Shown here in pieces: positions 1-8,408 of a stretch of DNA of 20,555 nucleotides. How positions within the stretch are numbered: the stretch's first letter is position 1; each line of letters begins with the position of its first letter. Source of the stretch: a virus; the IMG/VR virus record IMGVR_UViG_3300022758_000417; one strand, given 5' to 3'. The notes below the pieces were generated by a model that was given only the letters and a program-made list of their open reading frames with translations, had not been told where the DNA came from and searched no databases. The position numbers and the translations under genes are program-made.

Positions 1-50
1 GTATAATGGGATTCGTCAAAGCAAGCCGACCGATCAAAGGAGATTACATT

Positions 51-314
51 ATGGCTGCTATCACCCGCACTTTCAAGAGTTTCGAGCTGACCGCGTACGA
101 ACTGGATGATTCAATCCCGCCCAGCGTGCGCGCTGTCGCCCAGTACGTCGTGCTGGACACCAACATGAACGCCCGCAAAGCCCGTATCGCCTTCCGCGAT
201 GCCGGCGTGGCGCTGCCCAAGGGCTGCACGATCAAGTGGGTCGAAGGCGAGGAGAAGACCTATTCCATGCCCGTGGAAACGTTCCTTGAGAACGCGACCG
301 TCATCGACGCTTAA
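51..314 (+). CDS. Early protein, first gene next to the terminus. Possibly a histone-like dsDNA-binding protein analogous to phi29 p6.
   Basis: RBS AAAGGAG at 36-42, ATG at 51. The ATG at 6 leaves no room for an RBS. The C-terminus ...YSMPVETFLENATV resembles my recollection of phi29 p6 (...YELPVEKFLEVATV). Position matches the p6-p5-p4-TP-DNAP order. Confidence 0.5.
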   Translation: MAAITRTFKSFELTAYELDDSIPPSVRAVAQYVVLDTNMNARKARIAFRDAGVALPKGCTIKWVEGEEKTYSMPVETFLENATVIDA

Positions 315-339
315 ACCATCTGACTAGAAGGAGAAAACC

Positions 340-801
340 ATGACTGAGAACAAAGACATCGCCATCGCCGAGGAAATGCCCGTCAACGACCTCGCACCTG
401 CCCGCACGTACGCCATCGCCGAGCTTGCCAAGCCCGAGGACAACACGTTCTGCTCGGTGAACCCGGAACTTGGAGCGGATGCCAAGAAGCTGATCTACAA
501 CGCGTCCAACAACCCGACGCACAAGATCGACGACTTCATCAACAAGCAGATCGCGCTGAAAGACCTGTTCGTCGAGATCATCGAAATCGCAGACGAGGAC
601 GGCACCGTGGAGCAAGCCCCGCGCATCGTCCTCATCGACGACAAGGGCGAGAGCTACCAGTGCGTGTCGAACGGCGTGTGGGGTTCGCTCAAGAAGATGT
701 TCGCCGTCTACGGCGCGCCAACCTACGAGGAGCCTATCAACGTGGTCGTCAAGCAGGTGAAGGTCAAGCGCGGCACGATGCTCACCCTCGAAGTCGCTTA
801 A
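340..801 (+). CDS. Single-stranded DNA-binding protein, phi29 p5-like.
   Basis: RBS AAGGAG then ATG at 340. The C-terminal half (GESYQCVSNGVWGSL...VVVKQVKVKRGTMLTLEV) resembles phi29 p5 (GSLYSAISKTV...FKVKVVQGTSSKGNVFFSLQL). A strong terminator follows immediately. Confidence 0.55.
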   Translation: MTENKDIAIAEEMPVNDLAPARTYAIAELAKPEDNTFCSVNPELGADAKKLIYNASNNPTHKIDDFINKQIALKDLFVEIIEIADEDGTVEQAPRIVLIDDKGESYQCVSNGVWGSLKKMFAVYGAPTYEEPINVVVKQVKVKRGTMLTLEVA

Positions 802-815
802 AGTTCGCAATCGCA

Positions 816-841
816 GGCCGCACTCAGCGTGCGGCCTTTTT
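816..841 (+). terminator. Rho-independent terminator after the SSB gene.
   Basis: 8-bp GC stem ggccgcac / gtgcggcc with loop tcagc, followed by TTTTT, then the RBS of the next gene. Confidence 0.75.
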
Positions 842-853
842 CAGGAGGAAGCC

Positions 854-1162
854 ATGTTGTCGCTTGCAGACAAGGATTTGATGGAGCAGTTCGTAGCGGA
901 CTCGTCGAACAGGGTGTTGAAGAAAGAGCTATGGGCGCATGCCGTCGTCCCGCAAGGCGTGGCCGTTTTCAAGCGCCATCGTAACGGGCGCATCGAATAC
1001 ATGTTCACCAAGGACGACAAGTTCGATATGAAGCGGGACGACATAAACGACCTGCGAGAGCTTGTGCGCCGCCACGTCATAGACGATTATATCGGACTCG
1101 TCTTCGTTATGCATTCGCAAGCGTTGAAAACGGTTTCCAAGCATATCAAATACCGTTATTGA
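854..1162 (+). CDS. Hypothetical early protein of 102 aa. It has lower GC than its neighbours.
   Basis: RBS AGGAGG, spacer of 5, ATG at 854. Clean ORF between the terminator and the p4-like gene. No homolog recognised. Confidence 0.6.
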   Translation: MLSLADKDLMEQFVADSSNRVLKKELWAHAVVPQGVAVFKRHRNGRIEYMFTKDDKFDMKRDDINDLRELVRRHVIDDYIGLVFVMHSQALKTVSKHIKYRY

Positions 1163-1175
1163 AAGGAGGTGCGCC

Positions 1176-1580
1176 ATGCCTTCGAAAAACGGCGTTTTCT
1201 ACGAGCTGAAGGAATCGCCTTACTCTTTTATGTACGGCGATTGTACGTTCTTCTTCTCGTCTAGGAAGCATCTTTCCAGTTTCATGGACAAGATCTGCGT
1301 TCGAACGCAATGGTTGGACGACAGCATGGAAAAGCGTTTCCACTTCTACGTCAACATGCAGCTGGTCGCCGCGTTCCAACTGTACTTCACGGTGGAGACC
1401 AGGGGGTGCTACGTCAGATTGGAAAACGGTGAGGAGCTGACATGCAGAGAGAACCTAAGATTAAATGGACTGAAAGCCAGCGTTCGCGCCTCAACTCCGC
1501 AGTCCGAAAGTACAACAACGCCATTCGACGGGCTATGCGGGCGAATCCCGCCAACGCCCAGTTCATGCCCGAGCCGGTAA
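1176..1580 (+). CDS. Transcriptional regulator, phi29 p4-like (early/late switch protein).
   Basis: RBS AAAGGAGG then ATG at 1176. N-terminus MPSKNGVFYELKESPYSFMYGDCTFFFSS...FMDK matches phi29 p4 (MPKTQRGIYHNLKESEYVASNTDVTFFFSS...FLDG). ...YFTVETRGCYVRLENGEELTCRE matches ...FYSEVEKRGFHAWLKGDNATWRE. The last 139 nt overlap the terminal-protein gene in another frame. Confidence 0.7.
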   Translation: MPSKNGVFYELKESPYSFMYGDCTFFFSSRKHLSSFMDKICVRTQWLDDSMEKRFHFYVNMQLVAAFQLYFTVETRGCYVRLENGEELTCRENLRLNGLKASVRASTPQSESTTTPFDGLCGRIPPTPSSCPSR

Positions 1581-2182
1581 GCTACAAGGAAGTCAAAGCC
1601 GAGATCAAGAGCGCGCGCGTGCTTAACAACACGGTCGCGCGCTTGCTGCGCGCTACGCGCAAAGGAGCCTTGGACTTGACGAACGTCGGAGAGGGAGGGA
1701 TCGCCACGCGCTACGAAGTGCGGGAGTTCCAGATCGCGAAAGCCGTCAACGAGCGGCGCAAGTCGCTCAGGCGCAAGAAGCTGGGGATCGACTACGGCCA
1801 GACCCTGGGGCGCATGGGAACGTTGCAGCAGAACAACCTGCTTCCCGACAAGCGCACCGCGCGAGACTTCTCTCCCATCGCCCTCAAGCGTTTCATCAAA
1901 CGTTACGAGGAGCTGAGCGCCACGAGTTCCTACGAAAGGCTGAACCGGTACTACGAGAACTATATCAAAGGCCTCGACACGGTGTTCGGCGGCTACTCCG
2001 AGTTCGATGCGGCTATAGCTCAGATCGCGAGGAAGATCGAATCCATGATGAAGTCCAATGCGGGCAAGCTCATGGAGTTCTTCGAGTCCGGAGACGAGCT
2101 TCTGAACATCGAGTACATCTATGCGCCGGAAGACCGCGCCGACAAGATGGGCTACATCCTCGACAGATGGGCTGAGCTATGA
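1442..2182 (+). CDS. Terminal protein, the primer for protein-primed DNA replication.
   Basis: RBS GGTGAGGAG, spacer of 5, ATG at 1442. It lies directly upstream of the DNA polymerase gene, with its stop overlapping the polymerase start. Resemblance to phi29 p3: ARDFSPIALKRFIKRYEEL...YYENYIKGLDTVFGGYSEFDAAIAQIARKI versus HDFDFSKVRSY...LEE...YYEKKMIQLQLNFIKSVEGSFNSFDAADELIEELKKI. The priming Ser is possibly the one in EFFESGDE. Confidence 0.75.
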   Translation: MQREPKIKWTESQRSRLNSAVRKYNNAIRRAMRANPANAQFMPEPVSYKEVKAEIKSARVLNNTVARLLRATRKGALDLTNVGEGGIATRYEVREFQIAKAVNERRKSLRRKKLGIDYGQTLGRMGTLQQNNLLPDKRTARDFSPIALKRFIKRYEELSATSSYERLNRYYENYIKGLDTVFGGYSEFDAAIAQIARKIESMMKSNAGKLMEFFESGDELLNIEYIYAPEDRADKMGYILDRWAEL

Positions 2183-2183
2183 T

Positions 2184-3872
2184 ATGCAGTGCTTCACGGC
2201 TGATTTCGAAACGACGGCAGACGACCTGACCCGAACGCGAGTTTGGGCGTGGGCTGCTTGCACCTTGAAAACCTACGATATAACGACCGGAACCTCCATC
2301 GAAGGGTTCGTGGAATGGTGCGAGCGCGCCCTGGACGCTCGCGTGTACTTCCACAACCTGAAATTCGACGGGAAGTTCATCATATCGCATCTGCTCGACG
2401 CGGGATGGGAATGGATTCCCAGCCACGGAGAGCAAGCGCCCTACCGGTTCACGACGCTGATCAGCGACATGAACCAGTTCTACACCATCAAGCTCTATTT
2501 CAGCAGAGGGCATTATATCGAATTCTGCGATTCGCTGAAGATCATCAGCTTGCCGGTCGCGAAGATTCCGCGCGCGTTCGGCTTCGAGGAAGAGGACGCG
2601 AAGCTCGAGATAGACTACACGGAGCATCGCGATCCCGATCACGTTCTCACGCAGCAGGAGATAGACTACATATCGGCAGATGTCAGGATCGTGGCGCGCG
2701 CCTTGGGCGAGCTGATCGACCAGGGCGCGACCAGGATCACGGCGGGATCGAACGCCATCGCCGAGTACAAGAAGACGATAGGAGGCGAGAAGGGGTTCAG
2801 ACGGACGTTTCCAGTGTGCGACTACGACGCTGAGATACGCCCGTGCTACAAGGGCGGCTTCACCTACGTCAACCCCGATTTCAAAGGGCGCGACATCGGG
2901 GAGGGTATCGTCCTGGACGTTAACAGCCTCTACCCTTCCGTCATGGCCGGAGTCGAAGGCGAGATACTGCCGTACGGCGATCCGATGCTCTTCGAAGGGG
3001 AGTACGTCCCGGATCCTCGATACCCGCTCTACATACAGACCGTGACCGTCGACTTCAAGCTCAAGCCCGGTTTCATCCCTTGCTTGCAGCTCAAAGGCAA
3101 TTTGAGCTTCATGCCGACCGAATACGTAGTCGATTCCAAAGGAGAGCAGACGCTGGTATTGACGAGCGTCGACTTGGCGCTTTTGAAAGACCACTACAAC
3201 ATCTATTCCATCCGCTACGGCAAGGGCTGGAAGTTCAAGGCATCGAACAAGCTATTCTACGATTTCATAATGGCGGCCAACGAGGATAAGGTGCATGCGG
3301 CCGAGGAGGGCAACGCGGGCAAGCGGTACATGGCGAAGCTCAAGATGAACTCCTCGTACGGCAAGATGGCGACGCATCCGGTCAAACGGAGCCGCCGGCC
3401 GGTCATGTGCGAGGACGGCATAGTGCGCTACCCGCTGCTCGACCCGGAGCAGACAGAAGGAATGTACCTTCCCGCCGGGGCTTTCATCACGGCATGGGCG
3501 AGGAACAAGACGATACGCTCAGCCCAGAAGGTGAAGGATCGTTTCCTCTACGCCGACACCGATTCGCTCCACTTGACCGGAACCGAGATCCCGGAAGAGC
3601 TTGACGTGGACGATTACAGATTGGGCGCGTGGAAGCTCGAAAGCACGTTTCAGCGCGCCAGGTTCCTGCGCCCGAAGACCTATATCGAGGACGAGGGCGG
3701 CAAGCTCACCGTGCATTGCGCGGGGCTGCCAGAATCGTGCCATCCTCACGTCACGTGGGACAATTTCCATGTCGGCGCGAAATTTCCGGGAAAACTCTAT
3801 TCCAAGACCGTAAAAGGCGGTATTATACTATACGAAGGTGATTTTGTCATCAGAAAGGAGACAGGCTTATGA
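2184..3872 (+). CDS. Protein-primed family-B DNA polymerase (phi29 p2-like).
   Basis: Exonuclease motifs: Exo I FTADFETT, Exo II YFHNLKFDGKFI, Exo III YISADVRIV. Polymerase motifs: A DVNSLYPSVM, B KLKMNSSYGKMA, C YADTDS, KxY RPKTYIED. Insertions of TPR1 and TPR2 length sit between motifs A-B and B-C. Collinear with phi29 p2 over the whole length. The start was chosen as ATG 2184 (MQCFTADFETT), not the ORF-track start at 2121, which lies inside the terminal-protein gene. Confidence 0.95.
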   Translation: MQCFTADFETTADDLTRTRVWAWAACTLKTYDITTGTSIEGFVEWCERALDARVYFHNLKFDGKFIISHLLDAGWEWIPSHGEQAPYRFTTLISDMNQFYTIKLYFSRGHYIEFCDSLKIISLPVAKIPRAFGFEEEDAKLEIDYTEHRDPDHVLTQQEIDYISADVRIVARALGELIDQGATRITAGSNAIAEYKKTIGGEKGFRRTFPVCDYDAEIRPCYKGGFTYVNPDFKGRDIGEGIVLDVNSLYPSVMAGVEGEILPYGDPMLFEGEYVPDPRYPLYIQTVTVDFKLKPGFIPCLQLKGNLSFMPTEYVVDSKGEQTLVLTSVDLALLKDHYNIYSIRYGKGWKFKASNKLFYDFIMAANEDKVHAAEEGNAGKRYMAKLKMNSSYGKMATHPVKRSRRPVMCEDGIVRYPLLDPEQTEGMYLPAGAFITAWARNKTIRSAQKVKDRFLYADTDSLHLTGTEIPEELDVDDYRLGAWKLESTFQRARFLRPKTYIEDEGGKLTVHCAGLPESCHPHVTWDNFHVGAKFPGKLYSKTVKGGIILYEGDFVIRKETGL

Positions 3873-4225
3873 GCAGGTACCAACCGAGCTTGCGCGAGCT
3901 GGCCATGGAGCCGGACGAGGACAAGCGGCTCGAGATGGCCGCGCGAATCGACGAGGACGCGGCGGAACTCGACGACCGCTGGGACGAGCGCGAGGGCTGG
4001 CGAAACGAGCGCGAGGAGTGGGACGCGGAGCGCGACCGCCTGAACGCGGAGCGAGACGAGGCGATCGCCGAGCGCGACCGCTACCGCGAGGAGCGCGACG
4101 AGTCGCGCCGCAAGTACGCCGACCGGTTCTTCGCCGTCGAAGGCCAGACGCTGCTCCATGCGAACGAGGTAGGCGAGGAAGTTCGGCGCGAGCCGATCCG
4201 CTCAGCCGACGAGATCTGGGATTAA
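3869..4225 (+). CDS. Head scaffolding protein (gp7-like).
   Basis: RBS AAAGGAG then ATG at 3869. ATGA overlap with the polymerase stop. 118 aa, extremely Glu/Arg/Asp-rich with coiled-coil character. Lies immediately upstream of the capsid gene. Confidence 0.7.
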   Translation: MSRYQPSLRELAMEPDEDKRLEMAARIDEDAAELDDRWDEREGWRNEREEWDAERDRLNAERDEAIAERDRYREERDESRRKYADRFFAVEGQTLLHANEVGEEVRREPIRSADEIWD

Positions 4226-4234
4226 GGAGATATT

Positions 4235-5716
4235 ATGGCAGTGAAGCAACCTAATATGAAAGCCGCCGATTCGCCGATCGTCATGAAGGCCGGCGATACG
4301 GCAGCGCGCGAGACGGCCGCGCAGAAGGCGGTCGAAGCGACCATCAACGAGACCCCGGAGGTAGCGGCCGCGCTCGCGGCTCGCGGGATCCCGGCGACTT
4401 ACGACTCGAACAACCGCGCCTACGTGGAGCTTGCCGGAACCACCGACGAGATCCATGCCATCGGGGAGTACCTGACCAGCTACCAGCCCGCGCGAAACGC
4501 GTTCCTCAACGCGCTGGTGAACCGCATCGGCCTCACCATCGTGACATCGAAGCTGTACCGCAACCCCTGGGCGGTGTTCAAGCGCGGGTACCTCGAGTTC
4601 GGGGACACGATCGAGGAAATCTTCGTCAACCTCGCCGACGTTCACGGCTTCTACCCCGAGGGCGCGGAGGACACGTTCGCCAAGCGCGAGCTTCCCGACG
4701 TGCGCACCGCGTTCCACCGTATGAACTTCCAGAAGTTCTACAAGACGACCGTCTCCTCCCAGCAGCTGCGCCAGGCGTTCCTGTCCTGGACGGGCGTTAG
4801 CGACCTGATCGCGCGCATCATCGAGTCTCTCTACACCAGCGCCAACACGGACGAGTACTACGTCATGCGCTACTTCCTGGCCAAGTGCCTCCTCAACGGC
4901 TACATCGGCTCGGTGGAGATTCCCGCAATCGGCAAGGACAACGCCGTCGACATCGCCACGCAGTTCCAGTACATGTCCGACCTGTTCCAGTACCAGTCCA
5001 CGAAGTACAACATGGCGGGCGTGACCACCCACACCGATTTCGAAGACCAGTACTTCATCGTCACGGCCAAGTTCAAGGCCACGATGAACATGAACGTGCT
5101 GGCCACCGCATTCAACTTGGAGTACCGCGAGTTCCAGGCGCGCATGATCACGGTCGACACGTTCACCGACTTCGACTGGGTTCGCATGGACGCGCTGTTC
5201 ACCGACCCGGCCACCGGCCAGCTCGACCCGAACTACCACCGCTTCACGCAAGAGGAGATCGCGCTGCTCGAGACCGTGCCGGCGGTGCTGGTGTCCCGCG
5301 ATTGGTGGATGGTGCTGGACAACTACGTGGAGTCCGCGCAGTGGTTCAACGGCGAAGGCCTGTACTGGAACCATTGGCACCATGTGTGGAAGACCATCAG
5401 CTGCTCGCCGTTCGGCCAGGCGGCCGCCTTCACCCCGACCGCCCCGACCATCACGAGCGTGACGGTCACGCCGGCGACCGCCACCCTTTCCAAGGGAGCC
5501 GACCTGCAGCTGTCTGCCGCGGTCGTCGGAACCGGCATCGTGAACCATGGCGTGCAGTGGACGGTGACCGGAGGCGCGGCATCCGGCACGACCGTCACCA
5601 ACGGCGGGTACCTGCATGTGGCGGCCAACGAGACGGCGACGACGCTCACCGTCAAGGCAACCTCCGTCCAGGACGGAACGAAGACGGGCGAATCCACCGT
5701 CACCGTCACCGCATAG
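4235..5716 (+). CDS. Major capsid protein with a C-terminal BIG2 (bacterial Ig-like group 2) domain, as in phi29 gp8.
   Basis: RBS AAGGAG then ATG at 4235. 493 aa. The C-terminal ~90 aa (ITSVTVTPATATLSKGADLQLSAAVVGTG...VKATSVQDGTKTGESTVTVTA) is a typical BIG2 repeat. Sits between the scaffold and tail-knob genes. Confidence 0.8.
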   Translation: MAVKQPNMKAADSPIVMKAGDTAARETAAQKAVEATINETPEVAAALAARGIPATYDSNNRAYVELAGTTDEIHAIGEYLTSYQPARNAFLNALVNRIGLTIVTSKLYRNPWAVFKRGYLEFGDTIEEIFVNLADVHGFYPEGAEDTFAKRELPDVRTAFHRMNFQKFYKTTVSSQQLRQAFLSWTGVSDLIARIIESLYTSANTDEYYVMRYFLAKCLLNGYIGSVEIPAIGKDNAVDIATQFQYMSDLFQYQSTKYNMAGVTTHTDFEDQYFIVTAKFKATMNMNVLATAFNLEYREFQARMITVDTFTDFDWVRMDALFTDPATGQLDPNYHRFTQEEIALLETVPAVLVSRDWWMVLDNYVESAQWFNGEGLYWNHWHHVWKTISCSPFGQAAAFTPTAPTITSVTVTPATATLSKGADLQLSAAVVGTGIVNHGVQWTVTGGAASGTTVTNGGYLHVAANETATTLTVKATSVQDGTKTGESTVTVTA

Positions 5717-5729
5717 CCTATGTTCTGCC

Positions 5730-5760
5730 GAGGGCGGGATTCGTTTCCCGCCCTCCTTTC
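5730..5760 (+). terminator. Hairpin, likely a terminator or attenuator, after the capsid gene.
   Basis: 10-bp stem gagggcggga / tcccgccctc with loop ttcgtt, followed by CTTTCC (a weak U-tract), then the RBS GAAGGAGG of the next gene. Confidence 0.5.
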
Positions 5761-5775
5761 CGAAGGAGGTGAGAA

Positions 5776-7401
5776 ATGTACCAGCCCAGCACGGAGATCC
5801 GGATAGGGACGGTTCCGTGGAACCCGAACTACAAGCACGTTCGCTGGTATCCGAACCTGAACGCCCAGATGTCGGGCGTAGCTTCGTTCATGGACGCTCG
5901 GCGAACGATTTCAACCTACACGTACCAGCGCCTGGAATCTGCCATCGACGTGGACGGCAACCCCGAGCAGTACTACAATTACAACTACGTGATGTTCCAG
6001 AACGAGAACTTCGGGACTAAGTGGTTCTACGCGTTCATCACCCGCGCAGAGTACAAGACGGCGAACACGACGCGCTTGCACTTGGAGCTCGATTACGTGC
6101 AGACCTACATGTTCGACTACGATATCAAACCGTGCTTCGTGGAGCGCGAGCATGTGAACGACGATGCGATAGGCGCTCACGTCAAGGACGAGGGGATCGA
6201 TCCGGGCGAGCTCAAATGCACGTACTCGGCGATCGACAACGAGGACATGGATTGCTACATGGTCGTTGCCAGCGCCGTGGAGCCGTTGAAGGACGGAACG
6301 TACGTCAACAACGGCGGGGACAAGTACATGGGCGTTACCAGCGGCACGAGCTTGTCGGTCTTCCTGACCGTCGACGACTTCAAGGGCTTCATGAAGGCTC
6401 TGTCCGACAACGGCCAGCAGGACGCGGTGAGCCAGGTCTACATGGTTCCTCGATCGGCGATCCCGACTATCGTCAAGAAGTCCGACGGCTGGGGCTACTG
6501 GGTGGACTCCAACGCGGCGACCCCTCAGACGACTAAGGACTATGCGCTCGGCTTCACTAATCTCGACGGCTACGTTCCGAAGAACAACAAGATGTTCTGC
6601 TACCCGTTCCAGTACGCGGAAGTCACGAACTTCACCGGAGCCGACCAGCAGTTCCGGCTCGAATTCTGCGGAACGCCCGGAACGCTGAGCTTGCAGAAGA
6701 CGGGCGGATGCGACGCGAACTCGCGCCTGGCCTACATCCCGCTGAACTACAACGGGGTGAACCGCTTCGTGGAGGGTGCGATCTATTTGGAGAAGTACCC
6801 CACATGCAACTGGGTGTACCAGGCGTTCGCGAACATGCTCGGCGCGTCCCAGGCGGACACGTCGTTCGGATTGTCGTTCAACTCGATGAGCCAATTGCCG
6901 TACATCAATTCGTTCATCGATTCGACGCAGAACATCATCGGAGGAGCCATGCAGGGCTTGGCATCCGGCAACGTCGCCGGGGCTGCCGCGAGCATGATCA
7001 ACTCGACGATCAACGGAGCGCAAGACCTGACGAACACCTTCGCGAACTTCTCGAAGGCATCGAAGACTCCCAACACGCAGCGCGGAGGCACTAACTCGAC
7101 TACCGCGCTCGTGAACTTCGGAACCTATACGATAGGCGTTCGCAAGTACACGTGCCGAGCCGAGATAGCGCGCCAGATCGACGACTTTTTTAGCGTGTAC
7201 GGCTACAACGTTTCCGTCGTGAAAACGCCGAACATCACGGGGCGCGCTTCATGGAACTACGTGAAGACCGTCGCCGCGAACATGAGCGGATCGGTTCCGG
7301 CCGGCTACCTTGCGATGTTCAACAGGCTGCTCGATTCCGGAGTCACGTTCTGGCACACGGACGACGTGGGCAACTACAGTTTGAGCAACGCTATAATATA
7401 A
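5776..7401 (+). CDS. Tail knob / distal tail tube protein (phi29 gp9-like).
   Basis: RBS GAAGGAGG. YNYVMFQNENFGTKWFYAFITRAEYKT matches phi29 gp9 (SASYIMFQNADYGNKWFYAFVTELEFKN). The C-terminus VYGYNVSVVKTPNITGRASWNYVKT...VTFWHTDDVGNYSLSNAII matches [25 protein letters not shown]...ITLWHTDNIGNYSVENELR. Confidence 0.85.
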   Translation: MYQPSTEIRIGTVPWNPNYKHVRWYPNLNAQMSGVASFMDARRTISTYTYQRLESAIDVDGNPEQYYNYNYVMFQNENFGTKWFYAFITRAEYKTANTTRLHLELDYVQTYMFDYDIKPCFVEREHVNDDAIGAHVKDEGIDPGELKCTYSAIDNEDMDCYMVVASAVEPLKDGTYVNNGGDKYMGVTSGTSLSVFLTVDDFKGFMKALSDNGQQDAVSQVYMVPRSAIPTIVKKSDGWGYWVDSNAATPQTTKDYALGFTNLDGYVPKNNKMFCYPFQYAEVTNFTGADQQFRLEFCGTPGTLSLQKTGGCDANSRLAYIPLNYNGVNRFVEGAIYLEKYPTCNWVYQAFANMLGASQADTSFGLSFNSMSQLPYINSFIDSTQNIIGGAMQGLASGNVAGAAASMINSTINGAQDLTNTFANFSKASKTPNTQRGGTNSTTALVNFGTYTIGVRKYTCRAEIARQIDDFFSVYGYNVSVVKTPNITGRASWNYVKTVAANMSGSVPAGYLAMFNRLLDSGVTFWHTDDVGNYSLSNAII

Positions 7402-7415
7402 GAAAGGAGGCATGC

Positions 7416-8408
7416 ATGAACCCTATCCAATCCACTACCACCCCGTACGGGCTTCCCTGGGGCAACATGCCCAAGAACGCGCACAAATCCGCTCGCGAGC
7501 TGGACAACGCGGCCATGAACTCGCAAACGATGTTCCTCTGGCAGATGCGCCTTTACGAGCTGGCGATGAGCGTCTTCGAATGGGAGAACCTGCCGCAGGG
7601 CATCAACGAGCGCCAAATCGAATGGTGGCTCCTTCGCGACGGTTTCTGCGTGTTCCTGCATGACGAGGATATCGCGCTCGACCCTGTTCAGCGCAGCCCG
7701 GAGGGCTACGCGATCATGCAGTGCATGTTGGAGGGCAACTTCGACATCTACTCGCAGCCGGTGAACCGCATAGCCTACTCGGTGATGGGGGTCAACATCC
7801 CGCTCACCATCGAGAACTCCGTCATAATCTGGAATTCGAACTTGCGCGTGCCTACCTGGTTCGCGCTCAACATGTACGCCAAGAAGCTGTGGGCGATAGA
7901 CCGGGCGATCGATGTGAACGTGTACCAGCAGAAGACCCCGCGCGTGGTGAAATGCTCGCAGAAGCAGCGCCTGAGCTTCGAGAACATGATGGCGCAGGTG
8001 GACGAGTACAAGCCCCTTATCATGACGGACAAGGACTTCGACCTCGAATCCATCGACATCCTCGACAACTCGTCTCCGTACGTCGCCGAACAGCTCTACG
8101 AGCTGAAGGACAAGTACTGGAAGGAAGCGCTCGGATTCTTAGGGATAGCCAGCTCCGAGTCCAAATCGGAGCGCGTCATCGTGGACGAGATGCTGGCAAG
8201 CCTCGGCGGCACCGAGGCGCAGCGGCTCTGCCGCCTCGAATCCCGGCAGTTCGCGTGCAAGCAGATAAACAAGATCTTCGGACTCGACGTGGACGTGCAT
8301 TTCCGAGTGTCGGAGAAGCGCCAAGAAGAGCAGTGGGCTATCGCCGACGGCGAGTTCAATGAAAGCGAGTACGCCGAGGAGAACGGGATCGAGGTGAACG
8401 GAGAATGA
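7416..8408 (+). CDS. Head-tail connector / portal (phi29 gp10-like).
   Basis: RBS AAAGGAGG at 7403-7410, ATG at 7416 (MNPIQS). LAMSVFEWENLPQGINERQ matches phi29 gp10 (LAYQLFEWENLPPTINPSF). NMYAKKLWAIDRAIDVN matches NMYAQKMARAMDVSI. The ORF-track extension back to 7251 overlaps the tail-knob gene and was rejected. Confidence 0.8.
   Translation: MNPIQSTTTPYGLPWGNMPKNAHKSARELDNAAMNSQTMFLWQMRLYELAMSVFEWENLPQGINERQIEWWLLRDGFCVFLHDEDIALDPVQRSPEGYAIMQCMLEGNFDIYSQPVNRIAYSVMGVNIPLTIENSVIIWNSNLRVPTWFALNMYAKKLWAIDRAIDVNVYQQKTPRVVKCSQKQRLSFENMMAQVDEYKPLIMTDKDFDLESIDILDNSSPYVAEQLYELKDKYWKEALGFLGIASSESKSERVIVDEMLASLGGTEAQRLCRLESRQFACKQINKIFGLDVDVHFRVSEKRQEEQWAIADGEFNESEYAEENGIEVNGE

Larger units (their letters stand above)
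1..5036. repeat. Left arm of the ~5.0-kb inverted repeat. It covers the whole early operon, the scaffold gene and the first ~800 nt of the capsid gene.
   Basis: Every ORF in 6..~5036 has an identical translation on the opposite strand at coordinate 20556-x (20555-x beyond the G-run at 4463-4466). Identity stops after ...gaccacccacacc at about 5036. Confidence 0.9.

Noticed and set aside
6-50. N-terminal extension of the first gene (ATG at 6).
   Set aside because: It would start 5 nt from the contig end with no RBS. The ATG at 51 has AAAGGAG upstream.
2070-3194. Long minus-strand ORFs in the unique region and left arm (2070..3194, 4202..5617, 5911..7023, 8096..9091, 11582..12760, 9269..9985, and others).
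   Set aside because: They run antisense to genes with strong, homology-supported + strand calls. Their Arg/Ala/Val/Gly-rich, low-complexity translations are typical of open antisense frames in high-GC DNA, and none has an RBS.
7251-7415. ORF-track N-terminal extensions of the connector (start 7251), the fibre (start 9419), the polymerase (start 2121) and the ATPase (start 12404).
   Set aside because: These extensions overlap the preceding, well-supported genes. Internal starts with strong SD sequences coincide with where homology to the phi29 proteins begins.
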